Source: a virus | Virus record (IMG/VR): IMGVR_UViG_3300027763_000029 | Direction: 5' to 3' (one strand) | Length of the DNA: 64,000 bases | Part shown: positions 62,801-64,000 of the stretch, piece after piece | How the letters are laid out: each line of letters opens with the position of its first letter | Position numbering within the stretch: the first letter of the stretch is position 1 | Made by a program: the position numbers and the translations under genes | Notes under the pieces: generated by a model | What the model saw: the letters and a program-made list of their open reading frames with translations, nothing else | Told to the model about the DNA's origin: nothing | Database searches by the model: none

Positions 62801-64000
62801 CCTCATTTGCTTTTGTTCTATCAAAAATATCAGACCTGATAGATGATGCTTCTTTATTTAATTTTTCGTTAATTTCAGCTCTAATTTTAGCTCGTTCTTT
62901 AGGATCCTTAATATCTTTGGTTTTTTCCTTATATTCAGCACTAAATCGTGCTTTAGCTTCTGCTTTTCTTGCCTCTTTTTCAATAGCAAGATCTGATAAG
63001 AATTTGTTGTTCCTTGCTGTTGCTGTTTTTTCAGCTATCGCTGGATCAATTCCATCTTTAACCAATTTTTCCGCAAGCTGAGTTTTATTAAGATAAGGAT
63101 TTTCAGCAATAACTTTATCTATCTGTGCTTTTGTCTGTGAAGCAGCACCTGCTGATTTAAACTCACTATCGATCCCAGATAATAAGCTGGATATCCCCCT
63201 CATAATTGGACTAGAGCTTTCGCTCATGGGAATACGAGCACCCTTCATTCCAGGTATGCCAAAACCATTATTAGGTACCAAATGAAGAATAGGACTCATG
63301 AATTCAAAAATACTCTGATCTCTTTGAGCCTCTCTAGCTTCTGCTACTCTTTCTTGAGCATCTCTAATTTGTGTTTTATTATCTTTTATTTGATTTTTTT
63401 TCTCTATTGCAGCTAATCTATCGTTTCTGTCCATGATACGATTAAAGTCTTCAAATCTTAATTCTTGTGCAATATCGTTGAAAGATGTTGGCTTTGCTGG
63501 TCCTTCTGGACGAGCATAATTTTTGGTTCCCTTACCTCCAAAATTAGATGATGGAAGAATAAATCCAGAAATAAAATCCATTAAAGCATCTTGACCAGTA
63601 CCAAAATCTCCGCGATTAGTTGCTCCTCTAACACCAGCTCCTATTGCTGCTTCCGTAGACCCACTAACAGTTCTTGTTAATAAAGATCTAACAATAGTAG
63701 AAGATCCAGTAAATGGATTGCCAGTTAATAATCCAGTCAATAATGATCCAACAGCAGTTTCCCTTGGTCTTTTTTGTGCTAATTCTTTTTGTCTTTTATC
63801 AAAATCTGTACCTTCTAATGCCACGTCTTGTAATGCATTAGCAGTCAAACTAGCAGTAACTCCTCCAAGTATGGTAAGTCCAGCAGCAGCAAGGCCAGTT
63901 ACTCCTAGAGCTGGTAAGATAATAGGCGCACCAGCAATGGCCGCTGTACCAGCTAATAATGGAACTATTGCTCTTTGAGCAGCCAATCCAACAGCTTCTC
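59889..64000 (-). CDS. Tape measure protein, 3' part (5' end beyond the window)
   Basis: C-terminal GYATGGLV...GTDTVPAMLTPGEFVINRQAA...LQAINSG...GGVV motif; Ala/Gly-rich helical and hydrophobic segments; frame open to the window end. Confidence 0.85.
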   Translation of the reverse strand, partial: EAVGLAAQRAIVPLLAGTAAIAGAPIILPALGVTGLAAAGLTILGGVTASLTANALQDVALEGTDFDKRQKELAQKRPRETAVGSLLTGLLTGNPFTGSSTIVRSLLTRTVSGSTEAAIGAGVRGATNRGDFGTGQDALMDFISGFILPSSNFGGKGTKNYARPEGPAKPTSFNDIAQELRFEDFNRIMDRNDRLAAIEKKNQIKDNKTQIRDAQERVAEAREAQRDQSIFEFMSPILHLVPNNGFGIPGMKGARIPMSESSSPIMRGISSLLSGIDSEFKSAGAASQTKAQIDKVIAENPYLNKTQLAEKLVKDGIDPAIAEKTATARNNKFLSDLAIEKEARKAEAKARFSAEYKEKTKDIKDPKERAKIRAEINEKLNKEASSIRSDIFDRTKANEAGISVTEYRQQKIDAANAKEQAEVDKLMGGMFEGSSSSKPISTTGKPDDYTTEAWANLTPQQQQTVINTRSNTNNVETANPAVSAAEEAAGSIKPVEVEARSPKDLLERAKDDPTGMKQGLYNTEVRAGSYEDTGTMLRWFKPKEVSSDYREPINTGYKPRFAVQAGQMDEMISRMAADPELAQMLGPFGFKQHSFEDSVSGRDKRFLVAYGKKGTAEEAIAITKRMEALGDDILFAGGAKDYGDTVSLGKFGTTRYDPNIDGGLDTIDTQKLTSALKDLRKRWLAKRKQEGTDKTYDPRFDNFEVPLMSSLRTKGGIVSEIHTALYKAGKLGPSKMMDEFYRDYPDLFPTYKGDISYTDKGGPEAGAIPQQKASVDQATKKATETPVNPSSISRVDQLASAGFGVISGDQEVESVIRSARRGFSSDQPGKPAALLTSAETYDKYKDQLLELEQSGKLKIGRSAGFVKGQPNMFVGKPENVDILTKTFDAEVERRRTNGTAASEEFHDTVGKALGYSKDSRELYRLRKDWDKAGLDINIIQDRLRKGDKASDMISEINGLSRATKSSEEMSSFSTRISDFEKSLDDLINPPIKPASSPEVVAAGRVSSEKLEQKRRASNPELAAVKDRFNKSWKKAKAAGDTEEMARIKNAADAEYRTLLEKKQQSKSTRMLLTGLGMAAPIGGTIGYGLYNLLSGSVTPKDVVGEENTEGTAKMPMFDATNNNAAPMPNIDATNNNAAKMPVIDPDKKKRKNWKTPSGGTGYATGGLVYASNGAFINAQPMGTDTVPAMLTPGEFVINRQAAQQHMPMLQAINSGAYSQGGVVKYLAEGGMVAPMVAPPMVMPIHLSDGGSVSPQYFAKGGNVNSGNMTLDAKEFKAAMQEFRSITNQFGEHASNFPGQLAVSQSVTQTHHHTGLGEMGQQLLAQAAANSQVISNNTSSTLVYGLHKNSEAQITAGNPDAIMGRVGHTA
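60577..60665. repeat. 39-bp degenerate tandem repeat in the tape measure gene (MPxxDATNNNAAx x2)
   Basis: MPMFDATNNNAAP / MPNIDATNNNAAK / MP. Confidence 0.8.

Noticed and set aside
60039-63978. Plus-strand ORFs opposite the tape measure gene, and similar short opposite-strand ORFs such as 606..917 and 3495..4349
   Set aside because: They overlap well-supported genes on the opposite strand and have no recognisable motifs.
1-64000. Stop-codon reassignment
   Set aside because: Standard-code ORFs tile the window densely, and TAA, TAG and TGA all end genes at sensible boundaries.

Overview
AT-rich 64-kb segment of a large (jumbo-type) tailed dsDNA phage genome in the standard genetic code, with two convergent blocks. 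Plus strand (1-5339): a translationally coupled cluster of degenerate glycosyltransferase-, methyltransferase- and nucleotidyltransferase-like genes, a Vsr/DUF559-type endonuclease, a Rad52/ERF-like annealase and a Zn-ribbon gene. Minus strand (5400-64000): a tail module with the 3' part of a tape measure gene, about 14 modular fibre/appendage genes and three large tail-tip/baseplate-like genes; a GTGTAT motif precedes seven of these genes. The appendage cluster shows unusual domain grammar: (i) ten circularly permuted FGE-sulfatase (C-type lectin fold) domains with hypervariable pockets on Thr/Pro stalks; (ii) a Gly-rich repeat region whose half-units nest as a full binary tree; (iii) two domains apparently split between separate genes (an FN3 domain and a Cys-bracketed Ig-like module); (iv) shared modules reused across many genes. 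No tRNA, CRISPR array or reverse transcriptase was seen. All family assignments come from motif recognition by eye, not database searches; sub-gene coordinates are approximate.
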